64,000 nt of DNA from an uncultured Mycoplasma sp. (GTDB lineage: Bacteria > Bacillota_I > Bacilli_A > RF39 > UBA660), in NCBI GenBank assembly GCA_902493595.1, contig CABUPU010000004.1, positions 9,958 to 73,957 on the forward strand, given 5' to 3'. The translations under genes were made by a program, and so were the position numbers. The notes below the pieces were generated by a model. That model was not told the DNA's origin and ran no database searches. It worked only from the letters and a program-made list of their open reading frames with translations. Every line of letters begins with the position of its first letter. Position 1 is the stretch's first letter. This document shows positions 25,717-35,328 of the stretch, piece after piece.

Positions 25717-26797
25717 TTTTGTACCTACCTATTATATATTTTTTAATTTCATTTTTTTTATTCTTCAAATTTCCCTTTAAAATTTCAATTTTAACATTAT
25801 TTATTATTTCACTAACCTTTTTTGAGGGTTCAAGATTTAAAAGTGTCATTACTTCTTTACCAGTTATATCAATATCTTTCATACTTTTTATAGGAAGATT
25901 TTTATATATTTTGTTGATAGTTTGTTTGTTTACATGTAAAACATCCCCGGCTACATAAGAAAGATATAATCCATAATTAAATAATGTAAAGTTATTAATT
26001 CTATTTTGATTTATTATTTCCTTTATCTTAGCAATATTATCTTTTTCCTCTTTAGTATATTCAATTTGTTTTACCTCTATTTGAGAAAGCATACCTAAAA
26101 TATCCACAGTAAAAGTTATATCTTCATTATATTTAAGTCCTAAAACTTCACTTATTTTTGTTTCATCTAAAAGCTTTAAACCTTTTTTAAAATTTTTATT
26201 TGATAATATTTTAATTAATTCATCTTTAACTCTTTTAGGGCTTAAAGTACTAACCTTTTCATAATTATTTTTAATTGCATTATAAGTATTTTCTTCGATA
26301 TCAAAATCTAATATACTTGCAAATCTTATTGCCCTAAGCATTCTAAGTGGATCTTCAGTAAATTTATCATTGGCATTACCAAGCGATCTTATAATACCTT
26401 TCTTAAGGTCTTCCTTACCATTTAATAAATCTAATATTTTATCATTTTTATCTAAACATATTGAATTTATAGTAAAATCTCTTCGATTAATATCCTCGAG
26501 TAAATTACTAACATATTCTATTTCAATAGGCTTTCTATTACCATATTTTTTTTCTTTTCTATATGTTGTTATATCAATGTTGTATTTTTTAATTTTCATA
26601 TTAAGTCCACCATAATTATTAAGATTTTGTTTCACATTAAATAAATGAATTAAATCTTTAGGTTTAGCATTTGTACATATATCAACATCATAAGAGTTTT
26701 TTTTAAGTAGATAATCACGAACAAAACCACCTACTATATAGGCTTCATATCCTTCACTTTCAATTTTTTTTAGAATATTTTTTATAATTTTATCCAT
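25709..26797 (-). CDS. cca: CCA-adding tRNA nucleotidyltransferase
   Basis: Pol-beta head domain GGFVRD..DVDI and RRDFTIN. Confidence 0.85.
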   Translation of the reverse strand: MDKIIKNILKKIESEGYEAYIVGGFVRDYLLKKNSYDVDICTNAKPKDLIHLFNVKQNLNNYGGLNMKIKKYNIDITTYRKEKKYGNRKPIEIEYVSNLLEDINRRDFTINSICLDKNDKILDLLNGKEDLKKGIIRSLGNANDKFTEDPLRMLRAIRFASILDFDIEENTYNAIKNNYEKVSTLSPKRVKDELIKILSNKNFKKGLKLLDETKISEVLGLKYNEDITFTVDILGMLSQIEVKQIEYTKEEKDNIAKIKEIINQNRINNFTLFNYGLYLSYVAGDVLHVNKQTINKIYKNLPIKSMKDIDITGKEVMTLLNLEPSKKVSEIINNVKIEILKGNLKNKKNEIKKYIIGRYKNE

Positions 26798-26873
26798 AAT
26801 CTCTCCGTAAATATTTTAACATAATTTTATATTAAAAAAAAGGACATATAGTCCTAGATTGTTTTAAAATAAA

Positions 26874-27569
26874 TTATTTCTTAATATCTTCATTATTTAT
26901 ACTATCTTTAATAGATTCTGCTATTTTACCAACACTTTTAGCTATTGTTGGAGTAGCTTTATCTATCATTTCGTCTGCAATAGGCATAACCTGTTGTGCA
27001 TGAAATGCTGTTATTTTTCTTTTATTTGCTATATAGAATAAATTAATAGATATTCCTAAAGTAATCAATAAAATCATAACTGCAGGCATAAATTCAAATG
27101 TATTAAATATTAAATTTGAAGTTTTATCATTATCTTTTTGCTCTTCAACATTTTTTAATTCTTCTTTTAAAGTACAGTATTTAGAGGTTATTGCATTTGT
27201 TTTATATTCATCAAAATCACAATGAGGAAAACTTGGATCAAGTGCATTAATAATTATATATAAATCATATGCTTCACCACTTTGGTAATCTGGACTATCT
27301 TTAAGTCCTTTTGCTTTCAATTCTTCTTTTTTAGTTTCAAGAATAGTTTTTTCTTCATCGATTTGAGAATTTAAACTATTTATTCTTTCTTGTTTTTTTT
27401 GCTCTGTAAATTCAGTATTATTTGTATTAGATTTTGTTTTCATAAATGCTTTAGCAAATAAATACCCACTACCTAAAATACCCGCAACTAAAATAATTGT
27501 AGCAATAATTGTAATATTTCTTTTTACCTTTTTATACTTCTCTTCGCTTAAATATTCACTATTTCTCAT
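26874..27569 (-). CDS. Hypothetical 2-TM coiled-coil membrane protein
   Basis: ORF. Preferred ATG is at 27569 (AAAGGAG RBS); the track start is 27611. Confidence 0.5.
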   Translation of the reverse strand: MRNSEYLSEEKYKKVKRNITIIATIILVAGILGSGYLFAKAFMKTKSNTNNTEFTEQKKQERINSLNSQIDEEKTILETKKEELKAKGLKDSPDYQSGEAYDLYIIINALDPSFPHCDFDEYKTNAITSKYCTLKEELKNVEEQKDNDKTSNLIFNTFEFMPAVMILLITLGISINLFYIANKRKITAFHAQQVMPIADEMIDKATPTIAKSVGKIAESIKDSINNEDIKK

Positions 27570-27690
27570 AATCAAACTCCTTTCAATATCATTATAACAT
27601 TTAAAATACAAATTTCAAACATAAAATTACCACTTTAAGTAAAAGTTATGTTAAATTTTTTGTTCCATAATATAACTAAAGGTGGTATTT

Positions 27691-27984
27691 ATGATAAATG
27701 ATGAAAAACTAGATTTTAAAAGTATGCAAGTTTTAAGAGAAAGTAAAAAGATAACACAAGTTAAATTAAGTTTAATGGTAGGAGTTTCTCAACAAAGTAT
27801 AACATACTATGAAAGCAATACTCGTATTCCCTCATTGCCTGTAGCATTTAGAATCGCAAAAGCACTTGGAACAAGTGTTGAAGGATTGGTTAATAGCAAT
27901 GACATAATTGCTAAATATTATTCGTTATGTGAAGCAGATAAAGAAACTGTTAATAAAATAATTGAAACATTATATAATAAATAA
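27691..27984 (+). CDS. XRE-family HTH transcriptional regulator
   Basis: HTH ITQVKLSLMVGVSQQSITYYESN. The ATG at 27691 is preceded by AAAGGTGG; the track GTG at 27682 lies inside the RBS. Confidence 0.75.
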   Translation: MINDEKLDFKSMQVLRESKKITQVKLSLMVGVSQQSITYYESNTRIPSLPVAFRIAKALGTSVEGLVNSNDIIAKYYSLCEADKETVNKIIETLYNK

Positions 27985-28314
27985 ATTTTAAAGCAACTTT
28001 AATCATATTTATTTTGACTTAATTAGAAAGGAAAATTAATTGCAAGTTTATAATTACTTATACAAAATAAAACTACTTTCAGTTTAATTTGAAAGTAGTT
28101 TTATTTATGATATATAATAATTGAAACAACATAGTAATAGAAAAAATAACCCTTACGGATTACTTTTCTGCCTAAGGGATCCCGTACTTAACATACGGTT
28201 AGAACATTCGCACATATAATGCTTGGTTCGATACATCTTAAAGGTCTTCTAAAGATATTAGATCATTTCTTTTAGAATTTACAACTAATTCTTCAAAATT
28301 TTTTCTTTTTCCAA

Positions 28315-29253
28315 TTATTTAATACTTTTTGTTAATGAAAGTTTTTGTACATTATTTTTATTATTTTCTAACTGAATACTTGGATTATAGATAAGCTTAT
28401 CATCCTCAAACCAAGAACCACACACAATTCCGCTTCTATGTATTATTGCAACATTAAGATATGTTGGTCTACGATTTTGAATATGAGTTGCTAGTTTATC
28501 ACCTACACAAATACGAACTGGTATGCCTTGATAATTAGCATTTAAGTATACATTTCGTCTTCTTATATCAGTTTCATTTGATATATTTAGTTTTTTTAGT
28601 GTGTAATTAAAAACATCATCTGTTTCTTTATTGCCAGGTAAAAGACGATTTAAATATAGTGGAATTCCTAATCTAGAATATTCATCGATATCAAATGATT
28701 CATCAATTGTAACTCTTAAGCAAAGTTTTTCTCCAAAAAGAATTTTAGCCTGTTCAATAGTCAAAATTGGTTTTGTGGCTTTGAATATTTTTTTGTTTAT
28801 TTCTTCGTTAACAGAATTGCGATGTAAATTTATATGATTAATTTTAGTTATACCACTAAAATAATCTTCGTTAAGTGCTGCACCATTAGTATTCCAGTTT
28901 ATATATGAATCGGGAAAGTAAGCTTTTATTAAATCTATTAAACTATTAAAATCTTTAGAATTAAGTGTCCCACCAGTAATAGCAACATTTTTTATATTAG
29001 GAAACTCCCTTAATACTTTTTCGCATATTTTCAGAAAATTTGCATTATCTATTGAATTTTTTCTAAGATATGTATCAATACAATATTCACAATTTGCATA
29101 ACAAGGTTCTGGTAAATTTATTACTATTGAATTAACAAAATCTAAACAAGGAATGCCAAAAACTTCACGAAAATGTGCATTAAAAGTTTCTATTCCTAGT
29201 TCTTTTTGAGCCGCTAATAATTCTTCATTTGCCTGATAATCTGAATCAATCAT
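28315..29253 (-). CDS. Orphan radical SAM enzyme, subfamily unknown
   Basis: CxxxCxxC cluster CYANCEYC and a GGE-like motif VAITGGTLN. No SPASM-type extra Cys cluster seen. Extended -10 TGATATAAT upstream. Confidence 0.8.
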   Translation of the reverse strand: MIDSDYQANEELLAAQKELGIETFNAHFREVFGIPCLDFVNSIVINLPEPCYANCEYCIDTYLRKNSIDNANFLKICEKVLREFPNIKNVAITGGTLNSKDFNSLIDLIKAYFPDSYINWNTNGAALNEDYFSGITKINHINLHRNSVNEEINKKIFKATKPILTIEQAKILFGEKLCLRVTIDESFDIDEYSRLGIPLYLNRLLPGNKETDDVFNYTLKKLNISNETDIRRRNVYLNANYQGIPVRICVGDKLATHIQNRRPTYLNVAIIHRSGIVCGSWFEDDKLIYNPSIQLENNKNNVQKLSLTKSIK

Positions 29254-29364
29254 AAAAATGCCTACTTTTTATGAGATATTATATCATAATTTTTTATAAA
29301 ATAAATAAATAAATATTTAATCAAAATAAAACTCGAACTAAAAAGTTCGAGTTAGGTATTTTAT

Positions 29365-29452
29365 TGGTGCTTGTAATCGGGGTCGAACCGATACTTTCTT
29401 TTGGAAAAATAGATTTTGAGTCTATCGCGTCTACCAATTCCGCCATACAAGC
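29365..29452 (-). tRNA. tRNA-Leu (anticodon CAA)
   Basis: Manual cloverleaf: acceptor GCTTGTA/TACAAGC, anticodon arm ATAGA-CTCAAAA-TCTAT, long variable arm, T arm ATCGG-TTCGACC-CCGAT, encoded CCA. A terminator hairpin follows. Confidence 0.9.
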
Positions 29453-29479
29453 AACAAACAAATACATTATATCATTTAA

Positions 29480-30838
29480 TTATTGTTTTTTCAAATAATC
29501 TAAAACAATTTCTTTATCATCTAGGTGATGTTTTTCATGTCCTATAATTTGATAATCTTCATGCCCTTTACCAAGAATTAATAAAGTATCATTTTTATTA
29601 AGCATTTCTAACCCTTTATTAATAGCTTCTTTTCTATCAAAGATTATTTCATAATTTGTTTTATGAACACCACTTATTATATTATCCATAATTATTTTAG
29701 GGTCTTCAGTACGAGGATTATCATTAGTAAATATTACATAATCACTTTTTTGGGTAGCAACATTTCCCATAATAGGTCTTTTTTTAGGATCTCTATCTCC
29801 ACCACAACCTACAATAGTAATTATTTTACCTTTTTTATTTTCTAAAAAAGAATTAATTATTTTTTCAACAGCATCTGGTGTATGAGCATAGTCAATAACT
29901 GCCTCAGCATCACGTACTTTAATTTGTTCACATCTTCCCTTCGGAGGAAAAACATCTTTAGTTATATCAAATATTTTTTGAATATCTATTCCATAAGTAT
30001 TAATTATGGCTAGTGCCGTCATATAGTTATAAACATTAAATTTACCCCTTAAATTAGTTGTAACACTTAAATTTTTTTCATGATATTTAAAATTAATTAT
30101 TGTACCACTATCAGTACTTTCATAACTTTTTACTTCATAATCAGATTTAGTAAATCCAATTGTTTTATAATTTTTCTTTTCAAAATACTTACCATATTCA
30201 TCATCATTATTAACAATAATTGTACCAGTGTCCTTTAGGTAATCTAAAATTAAAAGTTTTGCTTTTAAATAATTTTCCATAGTTTTATGATAATCTAAAT
30301 GATCCTCGGTAAGATTTGTAAATGCCTCAATAGTAAAAGATAAACCTTCGACTCTTTTAAAAGATAAAGCATGTGATGAAACCTCCATTACAACAGCTTT
30401 GCAGCCCTTTTCAAGAGCAGTAGTTAGCATTGAATAAATCTCAGTTATCTCAGGAGTTGTATTAGGTAATTCATAAACTTCATTCTCTATATAAAAACCA
30501 ATTGTACCAATATAAGCAGTTTTAATTCCAAGTTTATTAAGCATTTGATAAGTTAAAAAACAAGTAGTTGTTTTACCATTTGTACCAGTTACACCAATAA
30601 TATCAAGTTTATTAACAATATCCTTATAATTATCAACAATATATTTTTGTAAATACTCTTTTGTATCAGGAACAACAATTGTTTCAACGTTATAACTTCC
30701 ATGTTCACATACTATTTTTGATGCACCATTTTCAATTGCTTTTTCAATATAATCGTGTCCATCAACAGTATTTCCCTTTATAGCAATAAAAGTATCACCT
30801 TTTTTAACTTTTCTTGAATCAGTTTTAATATTTATCAT
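29480..30838 (-). CDS. murE: UDP-N-acetylmuramoyl-L-alanyl-D-glutamate ligase MurE (DNPR motif suggests meso-DAP-adding)
   Basis: GVTGTNGKTT P-loop, Mur ligase domains, and TNDNPRTEDP. Confidence 0.9.
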   Translation of the reverse strand: MINIKTDSRKVKKGDTFIAIKGNTVDGHDYIEKAIENGASKIVCEHGSYNVETIVVPDTKEYLQKYIVDNYKDIVNKLDIIGVTGTNGKTTTCFLTYQMLNKLGIKTAYIGTIGFYIENEVYELPNTTPEITEIYSMLTTALEKGCKAVVMEVSSHALSFKRVEGLSFTIEAFTNLTEDHLDYHKTMENYLKAKLLILDYLKDTGTIIVNNDDEYGKYFEKKNYKTIGFTKSDYEVKSYESTDSGTIINFKYHEKNLSVTTNLRGKFNVYNYMTALAIINTYGIDIQKIFDITKDVFPPKGRCEQIKVRDAEAVIDYAHTPDAVEKIINSFLENKKGKIITIVGCGGDRDPKKRPIMGNVATQKSDYVIFTNDNPRTEDPKIIMDNIISGVHKTNYEIIFDRKEAINKGLEMLNKNDTLLILGKGHEDYQIIGHEKHHLDDKEIVLDYLKKQ

Positions 30839-30850
30839 AATTAATCCTTT

Positions 30851-32671
30851 CTATATTTCATTAAAATATATGTCGTACCACACTAAAAATGTGTATATTG
30901 TCCAAACCTTTTTATATGAATCTCTTTTACCATTTTTATGTTCTTCGAGAAGTTTATTAATTTTTTTTGTATCAAAAAATAATTTTGCACTTTCTCCATT
31001 AAATTTTTCTTTAATTATATTATATAACTTATCAGTTTTAATCCACTCTCTCAAAGGAACAGGAAACCCAAGCTTTTTCTTTTTATATGCTTCATTAGGT
31101 ATTACCTTCGAAGCGGCTTTTCTAAGAGCAACCTTTGTAGTTTCTTTATTTATTTTTGCATAAGTAGGTAAAGATTTTGCAACTTCATAAACTTTATTAT
31201 CTAGAAATGGAGTTCTTGCCTCAAGGCCAAACATCATTGTATTTCTATCTACTGCATGTAAAAAATCATTTACTAACCAATAATAATAATCAATCATTTG
31301 TCTTTGAATTAATGTAGAATTATCTTTATATCTATCATAAATATTCTTTACAATATCTTTTGTATTTATTTGATTTGGAATTTTAACAATACTTTGTGCT
31401 TCTTTATCACGAAATACTCTTCCTAAACCAATGTTATAATTTTCTAACTTTTGTCCTCTTCGATAAAGAAAATTAAAACCTCTTATATCTGGAAAAATAC
31501 TCACAATATTTGAGACAATATGTCTTAAAAAATAAGGTAATTTCATATATCCTTGCATAGTAAGTTCCTCTTGGTAAGAGTTATAACCTGCAAAAAATTC
31601 ATCTGCTCCTTCACCAGAAAGAACAACTTTTACCTCTTTCGAAGCTATTTCTGACACAAAATATAAAGCAATTGCTGATGGGTCCGCTAAAGGTTCATCC
31701 ATATAATACATAATTTTAGGAAAAGATTCTATATATTCATCCATAGTAATTTTCTTTGAATAATTTTCAATACCTAACTTATCAGATAAATCTTTTGCAT
31801 AACTAATTTCATCAAATTTTGGATTATCATATCCAACGGTAAACGTTTTATCTGGTTTTGCAAGTGAAACTATATACGAAGAATCTATTCCACTTGATAA
31901 AAATGAACCTACTTCAACATCACTTATTTGATGATATTCAACTGAATTTTTCATTGCTTTATCAATATTATCAACAATTTTATCCATATCATCATTTTTT
32001 TCTTTAAATTCTAGTGTAAAGAAACTTTTTGTTTTAATCTTACCATCTTTATAAATTAAATAGGTTCCTGGGTCAAGTCTATATACCCCTTTGAAAAAGG
32101 TTTCTGATGTTGGAACAGAGTTAAAACATAAATATGCAGATAATATATCAGTATTTAGTTTTTTTTCAAAATCTGGATTTGCTAAAAATGCTTTTGGTTC
32201 TGAGGCAAACATAAATGTATCATTAAATTTTGCATAATAAAGTGGTTTAATACCAAAACCATCTCTTGCCATAAATAATTCATTTTTATTTTTATCCCAT
32301 ATTGCAAAAGAAAACATACCTCTTAAATGATTTGGAAGTTTTTCACCCCACTGTTCATAACCATGAAGTATTACTTCAGTATCAGTTTTTGTTTTAAAAA
32401 CATGTTTCTTTTTTAATAAAGCGTCTTTTAATTCCTTAAAATTATAAACTTCTCCATTATAAATAATAACCTTACTTTTATCTTCATTATATATTGGTTG
32501 TGCACCAGTATTTAAATCAATTATTGCAAGTCTACGATGAGCAAGTGCACAATTATCATCAATATAAAAACCTTCACCATCTGGACCACGATGCTCAATT
32601 TTTTTTGACATATCTTTAATTATTTTCTCTTTGTTTTCTTTATTATTTACAAATCCTACGATTCCACACAT
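30851..32671 (-). CDS. asnB: Asparagine synthase (glutamine-hydrolysing)
   Basis: N-terminal MCGIVGF nucleophile and synthetase-domain SSGIDSS PP-loop. Confidence 0.9.
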   Translation of the reverse strand: MCGIVGFVNNKENKEKIIKDMSKKIEHRGPDGEGFYIDDNCALAHRRLAIIDLNTGAQPIYNEDKSKVIIYNGEVYNFKELKDALLKKKHVFKTKTDTEVILHGYEQWGEKLPNHLRGMFSFAIWDKNKNELFMARDGFGIKPLYYAKFNDTFMFASEPKAFLANPDFEKKLNTDILSAYLCFNSVPTSETFFKGVYRLDPGTYLIYKDGKIKTKSFFTLEFKEKNDDMDKIVDNIDKAMKNSVEYHQISDVEVGSFLSSGIDSSYIVSLAKPDKTFTVGYDNPKFDEISYAKDLSDKLGIENYSKKITMDEYIESFPKIMYYMDEPLADPSAIALYFVSEIASKEVKVVLSGEGADEFFAGYNSYQEELTMQGYMKLPYFLRHIVSNIVSIFPDIRGFNFLYRRGQKLENYNIGLGRVFRDKEAQSIVKIPNQINTKDIVKNIYDRYKDNSTLIQRQMIDYYYWLVNDFLHAVDRNTMMFGLEARTPFLDNKVYEVAKSLPTYAKINKETTKVALRKAASKVIPNEAYKKKKLGFPVPLREWIKTDKLYNIIKEKFNGESAKLFFDTKKINKLLEEHKNGKRDSYKKVWTIYTFLVWYDIYFNEI

Positions 32672-32686
32672 ACTATCACCTTCTTG

Positions 32687-33250
32687 TTAGTTTTCTTTAT
32701 ATGTACTTTTATATAAATCTACTTCTTCATTTGAATTTTCTTTATTAAATTTAATTTCTGGTAAATCACTTAATGATGCAAGTCCAAAATAATCTAAAAA
32801 TTCTCTTGTTGTTTTATATAAATTTGGATGTCCTGGTAAATCAGACTTTCCACATACTTTAATTAAGTCTTTTGCCATTAATTTTTTTATCATAAAAGAT
32901 GAAGAAATTCCTCTTAAATTGTCTACACCAGTTCTAGTAATTGGTTCATTATATGCAATAATTGCAAGTGTTTCAAGTGCTGCTTGAGATAATGTTTCAG
33001 TTCCTGAAGTATCCTTAATTAGTTTTTGATAATACTCAATATGCTCTTTTTTAGTCGTTAATTTAAAAGAGTTAGATAAATAACTTATTCGAATACCTCT
33101 TTCAGCTTTTTCATATTCTTTCTGTAAATCATTTAAAAGTTTTCTAGCTTCTTTTTCATCAATTTCCAAAACTTCACAAATTTTTTCTAAAGTAATACCT
33201 TCATCTCCGACCACAAATAGTATTCCCTCTAAAACTGCTAATTTATTCAT
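32687..33250 (-). CDS. scpB: Segregation and condensation protein B
   Basis: ScpB-like winged-helix repeats. The ATG at 33250 (GAGG RBS) overlaps the scpA stop as ATGAATAA. Confidence 0.85.
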   Translation of the reverse strand: MNKLAVLEGILFVVGDEGITLEKICEVLEIDEKEARKLLNDLQKEYEKAERGIRISYLSNSFKLTTKKEHIEYYQKLIKDTSGTETLSQAALETLAIIAYNEPITRTGVDNLRGISSSFMIKKLMAKDLIKVCGKSDLPGHPNLYKTTREFLDYFGLASLSDLPEIKFNKENSNEEVDLYKSTYKEN

Positions 33251-33959
33251 TATATACCTCAACATATATTTTACTAAAATTTTTGTTTTGTGACAAGGTT
33301 ATCAAATTATCTTTACTCATTTCTAAAATACTTAAAAAAGTAACAACAATTTCCTCTTTTGTACATTCATTAAAAAGCCTAGTAAACTCAACCTTTTTTT
33401 CTCTACTCAAAATATCTTTTATATAATTAATTTTATCTTTAACACTAATTTCTTTTCTAGCAATTTTTGTATTTCTTGGTTTTTTATACTCTAATCTTTC
33501 GGATATTTCAAGCATTGCATTAACAAGATCCTCTAAAGAAACATCATCACTTAAATAAGTTTCATTATTAGCATATTCCTTTAAACTTTCTGGTACTTTT
33601 GTAAAATAATCTTGTCTATTTTTTTCAAGTTCACGAAAATCATTAGTAATAGTTTGATATTTTTCATATTCAATTAATCTATTACGTAAATCTTCTTCAC
33701 TATTAATTTCATAATTATCATCGTCTTCTTCTTCATCAAAACCTAATATAATTTTACTTTTTAAATGTATTAGTTCTGATGCCATAACTAAATACTCACT
33801 TTTATTATCTAAATCATTTTTATCAAGTGAGTTTATAAAGTTGATGTATTCATCTATTATTATCTTTAAATCTATTTCATATATGTCAAGTTCATGTTTT
33901 TTAACCATATGAAGCATTAAATCTAAAGGTCCTGTAAAATCTTTAATATTAAAATTCAT
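33243..33959 (-). CDS. scpA: Segregation and condensation protein A (kleisin)
   Basis: FTGPLDLMLHMVKKHELDIYEIDL N-terminus, typical of ScpA. Confidence 0.85.
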   Translation of the reverse strand: MNFNIKDFTGPLDLMLHMVKKHELDIYEIDLKIIIDEYINFINSLDKNDLDNKSEYLVMASELIHLKSKIILGFDEEEDDDNYEINSEEDLRNRLIEYEKYQTITNDFRELEKNRQDYFTKVPESLKEYANNETYLSDDVSLEDLVNAMLEISERLEYKKPRNTKIARKEISVKDKINYIKDILSREKKVEFTRLFNECTKEEIVVTFLSILEMSKDNLITLSQNKNFSKIYVEVYNE

Positions 33960-33970
33960 TTTTCTCCTTA

Positions 33971-34906
33971 CTAACTACAAGTAAAGAATTCAGCGGTCAT
34001 TTCATAATTAATTTTAATTGGACTTACTCCTTTACTATAGTAATAAATATTATCAATTTTTGTATCACCGGCATTATAATCCATAGTTAATCTATATCTA
34101 AATCCATTAGTTATTTCAGTTACTGTTGCAGTAACACCTGACTTACCTTCAAAAGATGCTGCTAAAGTAGTGTATTCATTAAATAAGTTTGCATAATTTA
34201 CATTATCATTAGTAACTATTATAGTATCTTCATATTTAAATAACTTATCATTTTCAAAAAAATATATAATTGATTCGCCATTATTATTTTTACAAGTCAT
34301 CGCAGATTTATTTTCACTATCAACATCAAGGCTAATTAAATCATAATCACTTTCCTCGAGTTTAGCAATATTATACTTTGTTGGAGTAACACTTAACTGA
34401 TATGAAAAGTTTTTATTAGATTTATTAGTAATAATACCATTAATTTTAATTACAGAAATTTGAGAATTACTGTCATCATATAGTCTAATAAAATATGAAT
34501 CATTTGTTAAATTAAGTTCTTTATCTGCATTATTGTTAACTAAAAAACTTAGTGTTCCAGCATCAAAACTAATATTAGTAAATGTAGTTTCATTTAACTT
34601 TACTTCATTATTTGTAAATGCATAAATAGTATTTTTACTATTTTCGGTAACATTTGTTGTGGTGTTAGTCCCATTTTCAGTACCATTTGTAGTGTTATTA
34701 TTTACTACATAATTATTCGTAAAGGCTTTATTATATAAATAATCACGATATGCTTTTTGAATATCAGGTAAGAAATAAATTACCACAATAAAAATAATAA
34801 ATAAAAAAAGTGTTCCAATCCAACCATATTTTTTTGTATCAGTTCTTCCTATTGTAACTGATTGTAAAGGATTTGTATCTATATTAACTTTTCTTCTTCT
34901 AGCCAA
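33971..34906 (-). CDS. Hypothetical membrane-anchored protein (N/T-rich linker), first gene of the scpAB operon
   Basis: TTG start with AGGAGGG RBS and one N-terminal TM helix. No motif recognised. Confidence 0.6.
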   Translation of the reverse strand: MARRRKVNIDTNPLQSVTIGRTDTKKYGWIGTLFLFIIFIVVIYFLPDIQKAYRDYLYNKAFTNNYVVNNNTTNGTENGTNTTTNVTENSKNTIYAFTNNEVKLNETTFTNISFDAGTLSFLVNNNADKELNLTNDSYFIRLYDDSNSQISVIKINGIITNKSNKNFSYQLSVTPTKYNIAKLEESDYDLISLDVDSENKSAMTCKNNNGESIIYFFENDKLFKYEDTIIVTNDNVNYANLFNEYTTLAASFEGKSGVTATVTEITNGFRYRLTMDYNAGDTKIDNIYYYSKGVSPIKINYEMTAEFFTCS

Positions 34907-34969
34907 GTTATTCCCTCCTACTCTTCATAATAATTATACTATATTTGCAAATATAAAACAAGAAAAGTA

Positions 34970-34998
34970 TTGCACTTTAATTTAATTATTGTTATAAT
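34970..34998 (+). promoter_or_regulatory. Sigma-A-type promoter for tRNA-Met
   Basis: TTGCAC - 17 nt - TATAAT with a TG extension (TGTTATAAT). Confidence 0.55.
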
Positions 34999-35028
34999 AT
35001 ATCTAGTTTTGTTGAAGCAAAACGTTTT

Positions 35029-35105
35029 GGCGGGGTATATCAACTGGCTAGATAGTTCGGTTCATACCCGAAATGTTGGGGGTTCGAGTCCCTCCCCCGC
35101 TACCA
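35029..35105 (+). tRNA. tRNA-Met (anticodon CAT; elongator or Ile2-lysidine type, not initiator-like)
   Basis: Manual cloverleaf: D arm TATC/GATA, anticodon arm TTCGG-TTCATAC-CCGAA, T arm GGGGG-TTCGAGT-CCCTC, encoded CCA, and a G1-U72 wobble. Two terminator hairpins follow. Confidence 0.88.
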
Positions 35106-35233
35106 AATAAATTTATGTCAAACATTAATGTTTGACTTTAATAAATAACTAATTCTAGTAAGGGTTAGTTTTTTTATACTATTAAAACTGTTTAAAAATC
35201 AATTAAGAAAAATAAATTTTTATTTAAAAAGTA

Positions 35234-35262
35234 TTGCATATTGTCAATAAATAGTGTATATT
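35234..35262 (+). promoter_or_regulatory. Promoter upstream of the Abi gene leader
   Basis: TTGCAT - 17 nt - TATATT. Confidence 0.5.
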
Positions 35263-35274
35263 ACTTATTGAGAT

Positions 35275-35314
35275 GTGCCTAGGAAACTTTAGAAGCCCTA
35301 GGTCTTTTTCATTT
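35275..35314 (+). repeat. 40-bp hairpin repeat, left copy (in the Abi leader)
   Basis: GTGCCTAGGAAACTTTAGAAGCCCTAGGTCTTTTTCATTT matches 36250-36289 at 39/40 positions. It forms CCTAGG..CCTAGG stems followed by a U-run. Confidence 0.85.
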
Positions 35315-35328
35315 TATAGGAGGTAAAA

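Noticed and set aside
25716-25727. A 12-nt match (TTTTTGTACCTA) to the start of the 27-bp island repeat.
   Set aside because: It lies inside the overlapping cca/dnaD coding sequence, is only a half-site, and is plausibly due to chance.
28215-28250. GCTTGGTTCGATAC resembles a tRNA T-arm and weakly resembles the 3' end of the adjacent tRNA-Leu, so it could be a possible att remnant.
   Set aside because: No cloverleaf can be drawn. The similarity to the tRNA-Leu 3' end (TGCTTG..GTCGAACCGATAC) requires several gaps, which is not convincing without an alignment statistic.
10543-31163. Track ORFs antisense to hsdR (10543-10767), dpnA (17643-17927), cotD-like/rodZ-like (19026-19217, 19955-20221), ponA (23447-23701), nth (24613-24864), cca (25719-25958, 26370-26615), the radical SAM gene (28631-28837), murE (29663-29845) and asnB (30870-31163).
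   Set aside because: Same reasoning: each is nested in a gene with clear family motifs on the opposite strand, and none has start signals or a recognisable domain.
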